From an uncultured Verrucomicrobiota bacterium (GTDB lineage Bacteria; Verrucomicrobiota; Verrucomicrobiia; Limisphaerales; UBA1412), in contig CALXMK010000008.1 in the NCBI GenBank assembly GCA_944389455.1, positions 26,963-90,962 of the forward strand: a DNA stretch of 64,000 nucleotides, in the 5' to 3' direction. Position 1 is the first letter of the stretch. Every line of letters begins with the position of its first letter. Of the stretch, positions 19,259 to 29,471 are shown in pieces. Position numbers and translations under genes: made by a program. The notes beneath the pieces are model-generated. The model ran no database searches. It was not told the DNA's origin and was given only the letters and a program-made list of their open reading frames with translations.

Positions 19259-21049
19259 TTATGCCTTAAGCACTTCTATAAATGCTTCTTGTGGGATATT
19301 TACGGAGCCAAATGCTTTCATCCGCTTTTTACCCTCTTTTTGTTTCTCCAACAATTTCCTTTTTCGAGAGATATCGCCGCCATAACACTTGGCTGTCACA
19401 TCTTTCCGATAAGCCCTCACTGTCTCACGAGCGACTATTTTCCCTCCTACAGCCGCTTGGATAGGAATTGCAAATTGCTGGCTTGGGATTACTTCTTTAA
19501 GCTTGGCAGCCAAAGCTCTGCCACGGCTATCGGCTTTATCTCGATGCACTATACAGGAAAAAGCGTCAACCGGCTCTCCATTAACCATTACGTCAAGCTT
19601 CACCATTGGAGCTCTTTGATATCCGGAATGCTCATAATCCATCGAACCATATCCTCGGGTCGTACTCTTAATTCTGTCGTGAAAATCTATCAGGATTTCA
19701 TTCAGCGGCATCAGGCAGCTAAGCATCACTCGTCGTGAATCCAGCGTTTCGGTATTAATAATATTACCCCTCTTCTCCTGAACAAGAGCCATCATGTCGC
19801 CAATATACTCATTAGGACAAAGAATGAATGCTTTCACAACCGGTTCCTCTATCCATTGAATAAAATTCGGCTCCGGGAGTAAAATAGGATTATCTACATC
19901 AATCAGCTCTCCACTAGTTAGTTTAACATGATAAACTACACTGGGATAGGTAGCAATAATCGCCATTTCGTACTCTCGCCTCAAGCGTTCCTGTACGATT
20001 TCCATATGCAGCAATCCCAAAAAACCGCATCTAAAGCCAAACCCCAAAGCAGCTGAAGACTCTACCTGGTAAACAAAAGCCGGATCATTAAGCTGCAATT
20101 TCGCTAAATTAATCTTTAGATGCTCAAAATCACCTGAATTTATAGGATAAATCCCGCTATAAACCATCGGATTCACTTCCTGAAATCCGGGAATCTCATC
20201 ACTGGGGTTCCGCGGATCAGTCAGCGTATCCCCCATTTTCACATCCAAAGGACTCTTAATATTCGCCGTAAAATATCCCGTTTCCCCGGTTTTCAATTCC
20301 CTTCTCTGATAGGGCTTAGGATTAAAACTTCCAACCTCCTTGATCTCAACCGTTTTCCCGGAATGCAACAATCTCGCGTTCATCCCTGGTTTTAAGATAC
20401 CATTATACACTCGAACATGTGTGACTACGCCTTTATAGGTATCAAAATAGGAATCATATCCTAAAGCCTGCAATGAGGGGGCCCCTGTAGGCTTAGGCGG
20501 AGGAATCCGATGAATAACGGCCTCCAAAATTTCTTCTATTCCAATCCCCTCCTTAGCACTGGCTAAAATCGCGTCATCGGAAGACAAAACTAAAATATCT
20601 TCTATCTGCCTCTTGGCCATATTGATATCAGCATGGGGCAAATCGATTTTATTAATCACAGGGATGATTACAAGATTCTTCTTAACAGCTAAATAGTAAT
20701 TAGCCACAGTCTGAGCCTCGACCCCCTGCGCAGCATCTACAATCAAGATAGCACCTTCACAGGCACTCAAACTACGTGAAACCTCATAGGTAAAATCCAC
20801 ATGCCCGGGAGTATCAATCAAATTTAATTCATACACCTCACCATTCTTTGCTTTGTAATGCATCGTCACAGGATGAGACTTGATTGTAATTCCGCGCTCT
20901 CTCTCCAAGTCCATTGAATCCAAGAGCTGCGCTTCCATCTCACGCTCTGATACCGTCCCTGTCATAGCAAGAAGCCTATCTGATAAAGTAGTCTTCCCGT
21001 GGTCAATGTGTGCAATGATACAAAAATTACGTATATGATCCAATTCCAT
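19259..21049 (-). CDS. lepA: elongation factor 4 (LepA)
   Basis: 596 aa with GTPase G1 AHIDHGKTT and DTPGHVDF, plus a LepA-type C-terminal region. Confidence 0.97.
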   Translation of the reverse strand: MELDHIRNFCIIAHIDHGKTTLSDRLLAMTGTVSEREMEAQLLDSMDLERERGITIKSHPVTMHYKAKNGEVYELNLIDTPGHVDFTYEVSRSLSACEGAILIVDAAQGVEAQTVANYYLAVKKNLVIIPVINKIDLPHADINMAKRQIEDILVLSSDDAILASAKEGIGIEEILEAVIHRIPPPKPTGAPSLQALGYDSYFDTYKGVVTHVRVYNGILKPGMNARLLHSGKTVEIKEVGSFNPKPYQRRELKTGETGYFTANIKSPLDVKMGDTLTDPRNPSDEIPGFQEVNPMVYSGIYPINSGDFEHLKINLAKLQLNDPAFVYQVESSAALGFGFRCGFLGLLHMEIVQERLRREYEMAIIATYPSVVYHVKLTSGELIDVDNPILLPEPNFIQWIEEPVVKAFILCPNEYIGDMMALVQEKRGNIINTETLDSRRVMLSCLMPLNEILIDFHDRIKSTTRGYGSMDYEHSGYQRAPMVKLDVMVNGEPVDAFSCIVHRDKADSRGRALAAKLKEVIPSQQFAIPIQAAVGGKIVARETVRAYRKDVTAKCYGGDISRKRKLLEKQKEGKKRMKAFGSVNIPQEAFIEVLKA

Positions 21050-21316
21050 GTGTAAATAGCAGAGATTCTCCCTAAGCTCTCCCCTTTTATTCTAATATTT
21101 CCAGAAGAATTCCACAAGCTCAAAACATCTTGGAAAAAGGTTGGAATTCATGTAAATAACTTCCTGATCTAAGAAGCCAAACTCAAATGCTTCATCAGTC
21201 TAAACGAAAATGGTATAAACCATTTCCTGTTTCCAATCACTTTTTAACGAATAACTCTCTAAATATTTTTATTTTTATTATAAAACTTTTTATAAAAAAT
21301 ATTTCAAGTATGATGA

Positions 21317-21499
21317 TCATCTAAAAAAATCCCATATATCCAACAAAAAGCTATAAAATCTTGACGATTTTTTGTCCCCATTGATCTTTTCTGTTTTATC
21401 AAGATATTCTCTCATTTTTTTCTCATAGACTTCTTCTGTAATGAGATTTTCCTCACGCAACTTTTTTAAGCCATTTAAATACTCAACATCTTTAGACAT
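21317..21499 (-). CDS. hypothetical 60-aa protein with a SHOCT-like N-terminal motif
   Basis: ATG start. VEYLNGLKKLREENLITEEVYEKKMREYL resembles the SHOCT short oligomerisation motif (L..L..L...G.IT.EEY..KK..LL). There is no obvious RBS and it stands alone in an AT-rich gap. Confidence 0.35.
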   Translation of the reverse strand: MSKDVEYLNGLKKLREENLITEEVYEKKMREYLDKTEKINGDKKSSRFYSFLLDIWDFFR

Positions 21500-21611
21500 A
21501 GCTGGATATTATCTAAACTGTTTCAGCTAAGCAACATATTTCTAACTTTTCTTAATTTTTATACGAAAATCTTTTTCATAAATCAATAGCCAATCTTCTA
21601 TTCTCTTCAGT

Positions 21612-21639
21612 GTTATTAGAATTTATATCTTCTAATAAC
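21612..21639. repeat. perfect 10-bp inverted repeat (gttattagaa N8 ttctaataac)
   Basis: Read directly from the sequence. It lies about 115-140 nt upstream of the SHOCT-like ORF start and could be an operator or a hairpin. Confidence 0.6.
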
Positions 21640-21780
21640 TTTATAGACTTAGATGTATCAACCTCTCTGATTAACTATCTCTCATGTAAATCCTATTTTT
21701 CGATTTTCATAAATGGATTTAAAGGCTCTCTTGATTTTTTTAATAAATATCCATAAACTCCCTTTTATAATTCTCTTTGG

Positions 21781-21827
21781 AATAAAAACAACCTGGAGGA
21801 GAAAAATTTCCTTTCCTCCCCCAGGTT
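21781..21827 (-). terminator. intrinsic terminator downstream of the Gfo/Idh/MocA gene
   Basis: 12-bp stem with 1 mismatch: aacctggaggag (21790-21801) pairs with ctcccccaggtt (21816-21827). On the minus strand it is followed by GTTTTTATT. Confidence 0.7.
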
Positions 21828-21855
21828 AAAAAATGAATCAATAGAATAATATCAA

Positions 21856-23223
21856 TTATAATTCCCAGCCTTTTCGATAAGGTCTGTGAATATATTGATT
21901 AGCTTCATCTGAGTTTGTAAACTTAAATTGAGATTGATCCCAATGCAGTCTTATCCGAGTCAACTCTTCGCGAAGACCTACTCTCAAAGCCACATTACCC
22001 ATAAGAACCACTTGCGCTAATGGACCCGCCTGGTCGAAATTCATCCTTGCAGGTTTCTTTGGATCCTTACAGGCATCAATAAATTCCTGATAATGGCCAG
22101 GAGACCGCTCTAATGTTTTCGGGATTTCACCTACTTCATTTCTGCGTTTTTCATCGAATATGGTTGAATTGAGGATTAACCCCTCCTCACCCACAATCAG
22201 ACGGCCATTATCATGCATAGCAGCGCCCTCCGGCACAATGTCAGGTCTGAAAGGTCTCAAACCGCCATCATACCAATAAACTTTAATGGGCGGATTCGAA
22301 CCAAAGCTGTCAAATTGCCATTCCACAATTGATCCCAGAGGAAAAGTCTCTTCATTGACACGAGTTGAGACAGCATGCACTGTTTTTGGATAATGGCCGG
22401 TTAAATTAACAGCTCTAAAAATAGGAGCAAAAGAGTGACAACCTATATCACCTAAAGCCCCAGTACCAAAATCCCACCAGCCTCTCCAGACAAACGGATG
22501 ATATGCTGGGTGATAAGGACGCATCGGAGCAGGTCCAATCCACAAATCCCAATCCAATCCCTCCGGGACGGCAGGAGTATCTTTCGGCCGATTGACTCCC
22601 TGTGGCCAGTATTCATTAAACAATCCATTAGAAGGACGATCCGTCCATACATGAATTTCTTTAATCTTTCCAATGCTTCCCGCCTGAATCATTTCACAAA
22701 GGCGATAAGTATCCTCAGACGCTTGTCCTTGGTTTCCCATCTGAGTAGCAACACCATATTTACGGGCTTCATCTGCTACCCACTTGGCTTCATAAACAGA
22801 ATGAGTAAGAGGTTTCTCGCAATAAACGTGTTTTTTCCTGCGGATGGCCGCAATACTGGCTGGAGCGTGAGTATGATCTGGAGTTCCAATAACTACCGCA
22901 TCAATATCCTTATCCATTTCGTCAAGCATTTTGCGATAATCTTTATAACGCTTAGCCTTCGGATATTCATTGAAAATACCTGAGGCCTTATTCCAATCCA
23001 CGTCACAAAGCGCAACTATCTCCTGACTGGCAAGCTGCCGAATATCATGCCCTCCTTGCCCACCAATGCCAATACCTGCAATACGCACTTTTTCACTGGG
23101 CGGAGTTGCTCCGTTCAATCCCAATACATGACCTGGAATAATGCTGACCGCAGCTGCCGTAAACGCTGTCGTCTGCAAAAATTCACGTCTAGAGACCGCA
23201 CGTTTATATTCTATTTTTTTCAT
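21856..23223 (-). CDS. Tat-exported Gfo/Idh/MocA family NAD-dependent oxidoreductase (possibly GH109-like glycosidase)
   Basis: Twin-arginine signal SRREFLQTTAFTAAAVS, Rossmann GIGIGGQG, and the EKPL motif (YCEKPLTH). Confidence 0.75.
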   Translation of the reverse strand: MKKIEYKRAVSRREFLQTTAFTAAAVSIIPGHVLGLNGATPPSEKVRIAGIGIGGQGGHDIRQLASQEIVALCDVDWNKASGIFNEYPKAKRYKDYRKMLDEMDKDIDAVVIGTPDHTHAPASIAAIRRKKHVYCEKPLTHSVYEAKWVADEARKYGVATQMGNQGQASEDTYRLCEMIQAGSIGKIKEIHVWTDRPSNGLFNEYWPQGVNRPKDTPAVPEGLDWDLWIGPAPMRPYHPAYHPFVWRGWWDFGTGALGDIGCHSFAPIFRAVNLTGHYPKTVHAVSTRVNEETFPLGSIVEWQFDSFGSNPPIKVYWYDGGLRPFRPDIVPEGAAMHDNGRLIVGEEGLILNSTIFDEKRRNEVGEIPKTLERSPGHYQEFIDACKDPKKPARMNFDQAGPLAQVVLMGNVALRVGLREELTRIRLHWDQSQFKFTNSDEANQYIHRPYRKGWEL

Positions 23224-23267
23224 AAACAGATTTATTATCTCAAAATTTTAGGAAATGTAAATATTTT

Positions 23268-25592
23268 TCAGACTACCTCTTTACTTTTATCCCCTATTTG
23301 CAATTGTTCTTTCAATCCGGCGTAGTCGATCTTCCCTGACCCTAAACGAGGCAGCTTATCTAAAACAATCAGCTTTTTAGGAATATAAAGATTACTCAGC
23401 CCTTTCCTTTGAATAATTTCTCTCATCTCTTTGAGCTCAACTCGAGGTTCGTTTACTGCAGCAACAAGCATTTCTCCCTTAACCTCATTATCAATAGAAG
23501 AGACTGCTATCTCAAATTCATCTCCATACTTCTGCAATTCCTCTTTCAAGATATCTTCAACCATTGTCAAACTAACCATTTCTGCTCCGATTTTGGCAAA
23601 ACGTTTCACCCTGCCCAGAAGTACAATAAATCCATTAGAATCTAGCTCAGCGATATCACCTGTATCATACCACCCTCCTTGAGCAATAAACTCTTCATTC
23701 TCTGCTTTATTCAAATAGCCTTTCATTATATTAGGTCCCTTTACCAACAATCTTCCACCCCTCTTAATTCCAGGAACCTTCTCTATTCTCGCTTCAATAC
23801 CTGTCAAAGCTCTTCCGACAGAACCCAATTTATAATAAGCACTCGTATTTACAGATAAAATAGGAGCACACTCGGTTACACCATATCCCTCATAAATTAA
23901 CATCGAAAATTTTTCTGCATAAAGTTTATAAACAGAATTTTGAAGTTTCTCTCCTCCTGCAATGAGCAATTTTATAGATTCAAAGTCCCCCTTTTGCGCA
24001 TATTTTGCATATCCACTTAAGAAAGTATTTGTTGTAGCAAAAATCGTACACTGCTGATTATAAATCAAGTTCGGAATAAGACGATAATGCAGAGGCGATG
24101 GATAATTAAAGCATCTGACTCCACGAATCATCGGAATGATAATCCCCAGACTCAGCCCAAAACCATGAAAAATAGGAAGTGCATTAAAAATACTCTCCGA
24201 ATCAGATACTCCTACATACGGTAATACCTGTTCGCAATTCGCAATTAAATTCCGATGTGTCAACTCTACCCCTTTAGCCTTTCCTTCTGAGCCACTTGTA
24301 AACAATATAACGGCCGTAGAATCCGAACTAATCTGTGGGGGCCTAAAATATGGCGAGAAAATAAACTTTAAGACCATTTCTTTCCGAGAGATCTGAGAAA
24401 TCAAATCCTCCAAAAAAATGAGTGTTACTCCTATTTGGATGATTTTTTCCTGATCAAATTGGATCTGCTTTAAAAATTTACGAGAAGTCAAAATCTGTTT
24501 AATCTGAGAGAGCTTGATATGCTCCTGCATATTCCAAACTCCAGCAGTAAAATTCAAAATAGTAGGAATTTTCCCCAATGTCCACAGAGCAAATAATGTA
24601 ATTGGCGCAGCGTTGACTCCAGGCAATAATACTCCCACTCGATTGCTCTCTGCAGCACACAATTTTTGTTTCTCCAAAACACCCGCTAATAACAACGCTC
24701 CCACCAAAAACTTACGATAACTCAGCTTTCCGAAAGTATAATCTTCCCAAATAAATTTATTTTTAAAAAGCGAATAATGCACTTTTACAGCCTCAGGGAT
24801 TGTCTGAGGACCGTACTGCAGATGGATAAAAAGTTGGAAACGGTGAATTTCACCTAACAACCAGTCTGATGTTATAGAAATTTCTCTTTCAACTTTTTTA
24901 TCCTTCTCGTGAACCGATTCAGTAAAAGATCTTTTTGATGACAAAGACTTACACTCTTCTAAAAATAATGACACTGGATAAAAAAAACGAGTAGCCCCTT
25001 TGTGCCTCACAAACCTTAAATACCTACCTCCGTAGAGATATCCAAACAAAACACGGCTTCGCTCCACTTTTTGGATCAACATCTCTATCCCCTGCGCCAC
25101 TCTAGTTGTTTCACCGCTCGGAGATGGCATATTCTCTGTAAAAACAAACAAATTATCTTTTCTACCCAACAAGCTATCTAAGATACTGGTATCCGGCTGA
25201 AAATAGAGATCAGCAGAATCCGTTCTCACTAATAAAGAAATTAGTTTTCTTAGAAAATTTTTCTTCTCATAAGAAGGAGGCAAAATAACAAGCCACTTAT
25301 CATTCAAAAAAGGCAAAAAGAATAATGCATCAATCCACGAAATATGACTTACAATTAGAACTGTCCGCTCTGGAATCTTTAACAACTCTACTCCATGCCA
25401 CTTAAAACTATATAATACTTTTAATAATAAAAGCAGTACTTGCTTAAAAATTGACACCATAACAAACCACCGAATCGAGGGGCTTCTGAATTTTAACAAG
25501 AAAAGTAAATCTCCGCAATGAATATACTTCAATTGCTTCCTATTGTAAGTGAGGAAAAGAAACGCTAATTTTTCTTGATACTCATTACCCAA
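23268..25592 (-). CDS. aas: bifunctional acyltransferase / acyl-ACP (acyl-CoA) synthetase, Aas-like
   Basis: N-terminal HX4D acyltransferase motif ([11 protein letters not shown]) and C-terminal AMP-binding motifs ([26 protein letters not shown]). The start is uncertain; the internal Met at 25460 (MVSIFKQV) is plausible. Confidence 0.7.
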   Translation of the reverse strand: MGNEYQEKLAFLFLTYNRKQLKYIHCGDLLFLLKFRSPSIRWFVMVSIFKQVLLLLLKVLYSFKWHGVELLKIPERTVLIVSHISWIDALFFLPFLNDKWLVILPPSYEKKNFLRKLISLLVRTDSADLYFQPDTSILDSLLGRKDNLFVFTENMPSPSGETTRVAQGIEMLIQKVERSRVLFGYLYGGRYLRFVRHKGATRFFYPVSLFLEECKSLSSKRSFTESVHEKDKKVEREISITSDWLLGEIHRFQLFIHLQYGPQTIPEAVKVHYSLFKNKFIWEDYTFGKLSYRKFLVGALLLAGVLEKQKLCAAESNRVGVLLPGVNAAPITLFALWTLGKIPTILNFTAGVWNMQEHIKLSQIKQILTSRKFLKQIQFDQEKIIQIGVTLIFLEDLISQISRKEMVLKFIFSPYFRPPQISSDSTAVILFTSGSEGKAKGVELTHRNLIANCEQVLPYVGVSDSESIFNALPIFHGFGLSLGIIIPMIRGVRCFNYPSPLHYRLIPNLIYNQQCTIFATTNTFLSGYAKYAQKGDFESIKLLIAGGEKLQNSVYKLYAEKFSMLIYEGYGVTECAPILSVNTSAYYKLGSVGRALTGIEARIEKVPGIKRGGRLLVKGPNIMKGYLNKAENEEFIAQGGWYDTGDIAELDSNGFIVLLGRVKRFAKIGAEMVSLTMVEDILKEELQKYGDEFEIAVSSIDNEVKGEMLVAAVNEPRVELKEMREIIQRKGLSNLYIPKKLIVLDKLPRLGSGKIDYAGLKEQLQIGDKSKEVV

Positions 25593-25621
25593 TCTGCCAT
25601 TCTAATGGCGAGCTTTCAAAA

Positions 25622-26620
25622 GTGCCAAAGCTATATAAACAAAAAATGAACCGTCCTCTTGAGATTCTTAAACAGAATGAAACACTCCCCCTTAATTCTG
25701 TTTCTATGTCTATAGATGATTCTTTAAAACAAACTTCTCATAGTCTAAATACGACAACAGAGCCTCAATTGGATTCTCAAAAACATTCATCAAGAGAACA
25801 TAACTCCTCCATGAAAATTTACATGAAGGAGCTTGGAGCTATTCCCTTACTCACTCCAGAACAGGAAATTGAGTTAGGCAATAAAATTAAAGAGGGAGAT
25901 GAACAGGCCAGAGAAAAAATGATAAAAGCCAATTTGCGCTTAGTCGTTAAAATTGCCAAAGAATACGAGGGAATGGGCCTCTCACTTCTCGATTTAATCA
26001 ATGAAGGAAATATCGGCTTAATGCACGCTGTATCAAAATTTGATCCATCCAAAGGATTCAAATTTTCCACCTACGGTGCCTGGTGGATTCGCCAGAATAT
26101 ACGCCGAGCTATCTCAAATTATTCCAAAACAGTCCGGCTGCCTATTCATCTGGAAGATAAATTATCTAAAATGAGAAAAATCTCCAGCATGATTTTAGCT
26201 AAAACAGGAGTTGAACCTACTGTTGAAGAACTCTCCCAAGTGTTAAATCTTCCTGTTAGAAAAGTTGAAGCACTTCGCGAGCTAAATGCGCCCACCGTTT
26301 CATTAGACGCACCTGTCGGGGAAGAAAACGACAACACTCTTTCGGAAATTATTAAGGACAATTCTACCCAGACTCCCCTAGAACATTTGGAAAATAAATC
26401 GATGAAGCAGATGTTATTGGAAGTAATGCAAACACTCTCCGAACGAGAGAGAGACATCTTGATTTATCGTTTTGGATTAACTGAAGGCGGTGAAAAGACT
26501 CTAGATGAAGTCGGCAAACATTTTTCTCTTACACGCGAACGGGTACGCCAAATCCAAAATCTGGCTCTAGCTAAACTTCGTATTATGATTCAAGATTTTG
26601 AAAAAGAAAAACTAAAATGA
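25622..26620 (+). CDS. RNA polymerase sigma-70 family factor (RpoD/RpoS-like, group 1/2)
   Basis: Region 1.2/2 ([45 protein letters not shown]), region 3, and region 4.2 ([20 protein letters not shown]). The start is either GTG at 25622 or ATG at 25646. Confidence 0.85.
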   Translation: MPKLYKQKMNRPLEILKQNETLPLNSVSMSIDDSLKQTSHSLNTTTEPQLDSQKHSSREHNSSMKIYMKELGAIPLLTPEQEIELGNKIKEGDEQAREKMIKANLRLVVKIAKEYEGMGLSLLDLINEGNIGLMHAVSKFDPSKGFKFSTYGAWWIRQNIRRAISNYSKTVRLPIHLEDKLSKMRKISSMILAKTGVEPTVEELSQVLNLPVRKVEALRELNAPTVSLDAPVGEENDNTLSEIIKDNSTQTPLEHLENKSMKQMLLEVMQTLSERERDILIYRFGLTEGGEKTLDEVGKHFSLTRERVRQIQNLALAKLRIMIQDFEKEKLK

Positions 26621-27171
26621 ATAATCAAATATTATCATCCTCAAAAGATGATTCTCTAGAAAGAATCAAAAACACTATCAGAAATATCCCAGACTTTCCC
26701 TCTAAAGGAATTCTTTTTCGTGATATTACCCCTCTTCTCGCCAATGGCCCCCTTTTTAATAAAGCAGTTGACCTTCTTGTAGAGGGTTATTCTGAAGAGA
26801 ATATAGATGCTATTGCCGGAATAGAAACTCGCGGTTGTATTTTCGCCTCTGCGGCTGCTTATAAACTTAAACTTCCCTTTATTCCCATTCGCAAGAAGAA
26901 TAAGCTTCCCTGGAAAACTTTTGAAGAGAACTATAATTTAGAATATGGTTCCAACACCCTATCAATCCATCAAGATGCTTTTGCCAAAGGACAAAGGGTT
27001 CTTCTGATGGACGACTTACTGGCAACCGGAGGAAGCGCCGTAGCCGCGGTTAACTTAATTAAACGATGTGGGGCAGAACTGGTCGGCTGCTCATTCTTAA
27101 TTGAATTACTCTTTTGCAAAGGAAGAGAAAAACTAGCCGGATTAAATACTCGCATTCTGATTCAATACTAA
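26617..27171 (+). CDS. apt: adenine phosphoribosyltransferase
   Basis: [18 protein letters not shown] and PRPP motif [13 protein letters not shown]. The ATGA overlaps the sigma gene stop. Confidence 0.92.
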   Translation: MNNQILSSSKDDSLERIKNTIRNIPDFPSKGILFRDITPLLANGPLFNKAVDLLVEGYSEENIDAIAGIETRGCIFASAAAYKLKLPFIPIRKKNKLPWKTFEENYNLEYGSNTLSIHQDAFAKGQRVLLMDDLLATGGSAVAAVNLIKRCGAELVGCSFLIELLFCKGREKLAGLNTRILIQY

Positions 27172-27172
27172 A

Positions 27173-29338
27173 ATGCCCAATTGGCTACAACAGATAGATA
27201 TCGGCCTTTTCCGATGGATTAATCAATCATGGTCAAATCCATTTTTTGACAAACTGTTTGAATTTCTTTCCGGAAACGCTGTTTTTTATCCTTTGCTGGC
27301 ATGTACTGCCATTTTTCTTTGGATAAAAGGTGGACGCAGAGGACGTATATTTGTTTGTATAACCTTTCTGAGCTTCTTGCTCTCAGAACTCATAGTAGGT
27401 GCTCTTAAAGATTGGATTGCGCGGCCTAGACCTTTTATGGTCTTGGAAGATGCTATCTGCCGCATTGGCAAAGGGGGCAGCGGCAGTATGCCCTCTTCTC
27501 ACACCTCAACCTGGTTTGTAGGTGTTGCTGTTACATGGATTTACTGGAAGAGCTGCCGTTGGTGGATGCCTATTCTTGCATCGGGTGTAGCACTCTCGCG
27601 GATCTATAATGGGGTTCATTATCCCTCTGATATCATTGTTGGCGCTATGATTGGAATAATCTGCGGTCTGACAATCGCTTATGGTGGAGAATTTGTTTGG
27701 AGCAATCTCCTATCAAAATACTTTCCATCCCTGACTTCAAAAATTCCTTCTCTCCTCCGACCTGAAGAAGAACCCGTTTCCTCTGCCTCTCTCCCGAAGC
27801 AAAAGGCTGATATAGACCGACAATTTCTTATAGGCGGCTACTTGCTGATAGTCTTTATGCTGATTTTCCGCTGGTGGTATCTCTGGCAAGGTAAAATAGA
27901 ACTCTCTGAAGATGAAGCCTATCAATGGGTATGGTCAAAATACTTGGCTCTTTCTTACTTTAGCAAACCTCTCATGATAGCATTGTCTCATTGGACAGGC
28001 ACTCATTTATGGGGAGACAACATGTTTGGAGTCAGATTCTTAACACCTGTTTTTTCTTCTATTACCTCACTTCTGCTACTTCGTTTTCTCTCTAGAGAAG
28101 CTAATCCTAAAATTGCTTTCTTTACAGTTTTAGCCGGAATGCTTGCTCCTTTGTTAGCAGTGGGCTCTCTTCTTATGACAGTTGATCCATTAGCTGTTAT
28201 GTTTTGGACAGCAGCACTGGTCTGCGGATGGAAAGCTGTAAAAGAAGACTCCTTTTCCTCCTGGATCTGGATGGGAATCTGGATGGGATTTGGATTCCTG
28301 AGTAAATACTCCACTCCTTTACTTCTGTTTTCGTGGATATTCTTTTTTATTCTCTGCAAACCAGCGCGAATCCAACTGCGAAAACCAGGGATCTACCTCT
28401 CTTTTGGTATATCTCTGATATTTTCCATACCTGTTTTAATTTGGAATTATCAAAATGAATGGATCTCATTTATCCATGTTGTAGACCATGGACAATTAGA
28501 TAAAACATGGCATTTTACACTTCGCTATTTTGGCGACTTTACCGGTTCTGAATTCGGTCTTCTAAATCCAATTTTCTTCATTATGATCCTATGGGCATCC
28601 TTCGCTTTTTGGAAAAAGAGAAATATGCTCACACTCTATCTATTTTCATTCGGCGGACCTATTTTTGCCGCATATTGGCTCTATACTCTACACTCCAGAG
28701 TCTATCCTAATTGGATTGCTCCTGCGGTAATCAGCCTTTTTGCCCTCGCCGGAATTTTTTGGGGAGAAAAACAGAAAACTAAACCTGTTCTTGTTAGGAG
28801 ACTTTACATCAGCGGAGTCATCATCGGTTTACTTATGATTATCCCACTGCATGATACCAATCTAATTACAAAAGTAAGCGGCTGGTCGCTTCCTGCTAAA
28901 ATAGATCCACTCAGAAGAGTTCGCGCTTGGTCTGAACTTGGAGAAACCGTTGAAAAAGTACGCAAGGAAATGGAAGCCAAAACCAAAGAACCTTTCTTCA
29001 TTATTGGTGATCATTATGGCATAACCGGACAACTCTCCTTTGAAATACCAGAAGCACGTCAAAGCCTCAATCCTCCCATTAAACCATTGGTATACTATAT
29101 GCATTCTACTTATCCCGAAAACCAATTCTATTTCTGGCCCAGCTACCGAGAAGCCCGTATAGGGGAAAATGCTATTTTTGTAAAAGAAACGGATCAACCC
29201 CAGAATAATCCCCCAGAAAGGATCTTGAATGATTTTGAAAGAGTAGAAAATCTTGGTTTTTATGAAATAACATACCGAGGCAGAGTCTTTAGAACCGTTC
29301 AATTATTTGCCTGTTACAAAGCAAAACCTGTTTCCTAA
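27173..29338 (+). CDS. fusion protein: N-terminal PAP2 lipid phosphatase plus GT39/ArnT-like (PMT_2) glycosyltransferase
   Basis: All three PAP2 motifs are intact (KDWIARPRP, PSSHTS, SRIYNGVHYPSD). A 10-12 TM ArnT-like domain follows, with the periplasmic-loop motif EDEAYQWVWSKY. Confidence 0.7.
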   Translation: MPNWLQQIDIGLFRWINQSWSNPFFDKLFEFLSGNAVFYPLLACTAIFLWIKGGRRGRIFVCITFLSFLLSELIVGALKDWIARPRPFMVLEDAICRIGKGGSGSMPSSHTSTWFVGVAVTWIYWKSCRWWMPILASGVALSRIYNGVHYPSDIIVGAMIGIICGLTIAYGGEFVWSNLLSKYFPSLTSKIPSLLRPEEEPVSSASLPKQKADIDRQFLIGGYLLIVFMLIFRWWYLWQGKIELSEDEAYQWVWSKYLALSYFSKPLMIALSHWTGTHLWGDNMFGVRFLTPVFSSITSLLLLRFLSREANPKIAFFTVLAGMLAPLLAVGSLLMTVDPLAVMFWTAALVCGWKAVKEDSFSSWIWMGIWMGFGFLSKYSTPLLLFSWIFFFILCKPARIQLRKPGIYLSFGISLIFSIPVLIWNYQNEWISFIHVVDHGQLDKTWHFTLRYFGDFTGSEFGLLNPIFFIMILWASFAFWKKRNMLTLYLFSFGGPIFAAYWLYTLHSRVYPNWIAPAVISLFALAGIFWGEKQKTKPVLVRRLYISGVIIGLLMIIPLHDTNLITKVSGWSLPAKIDPLRRVRAWSELGETVEKVRKEMEAKTKEPFFIIGDHYGITGQLSFEIPEARQSLNPPIKPLVYYMHSTYPENQFYFWPSYREARIGENAIFVKETDQPQNNPPERILNDFERVENLGFYEITYRGRVFRTVQLFACYKAKPVS

Positions 29339-29421
29339 CCTTAAGCAAATAAGGGAAAGTGACTTTCCATAAATAACTATTGTTTTTAAATTTTTTAATT
29401 GTAAAATAAATGCATTGCGAG

Positions 29422-29444
29422 AGCTCGCGTGACTAACGTGAGCT
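29422..29444 (+). promoter_or_regulatory. stable hairpin in the ilvB 5' leader
   Basis: 9-bp stem agctcgcgt / acgtgagct (one G-U pair) with a 5-nt loop, 28 nt upstream of the ilvB ATG. There is no following T-tract. Confidence 0.3.
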
Positions 29445-29471
29445 TATATCATTCCATCACATATTACCTCG

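Noticed and set aside
21050-21855. Considered whether the AT-rich gap upstream of lepA could be a replication origin.
   Set aside because: I found only degenerate DnaA-box-like strings (such as aattccaca and atatccata). There is no dnaA, dnaN or gidA nearby and no clear strand-bias switch around it. GC skew would have to be computed to revisit this.
28265-28288. Perfect tandem duplication of the 12-mer atctggatggga inside the GT39 domain, encoding IWMG-IWMG.
   Set aside because: It is in frame, within a transmembrane segment, and has only two copies. This looks like a trivial replication-slippage duplication rather than a functional repeat.
28862-29302. 146-aa antisense ORF inside the 3' end of the PAP2::GT39 gene.
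   Set aside because: It is fully embedded in a well-supported coding region and has no recognisable motifs. Its composition is consistent with chance in an AT-rich sequence.
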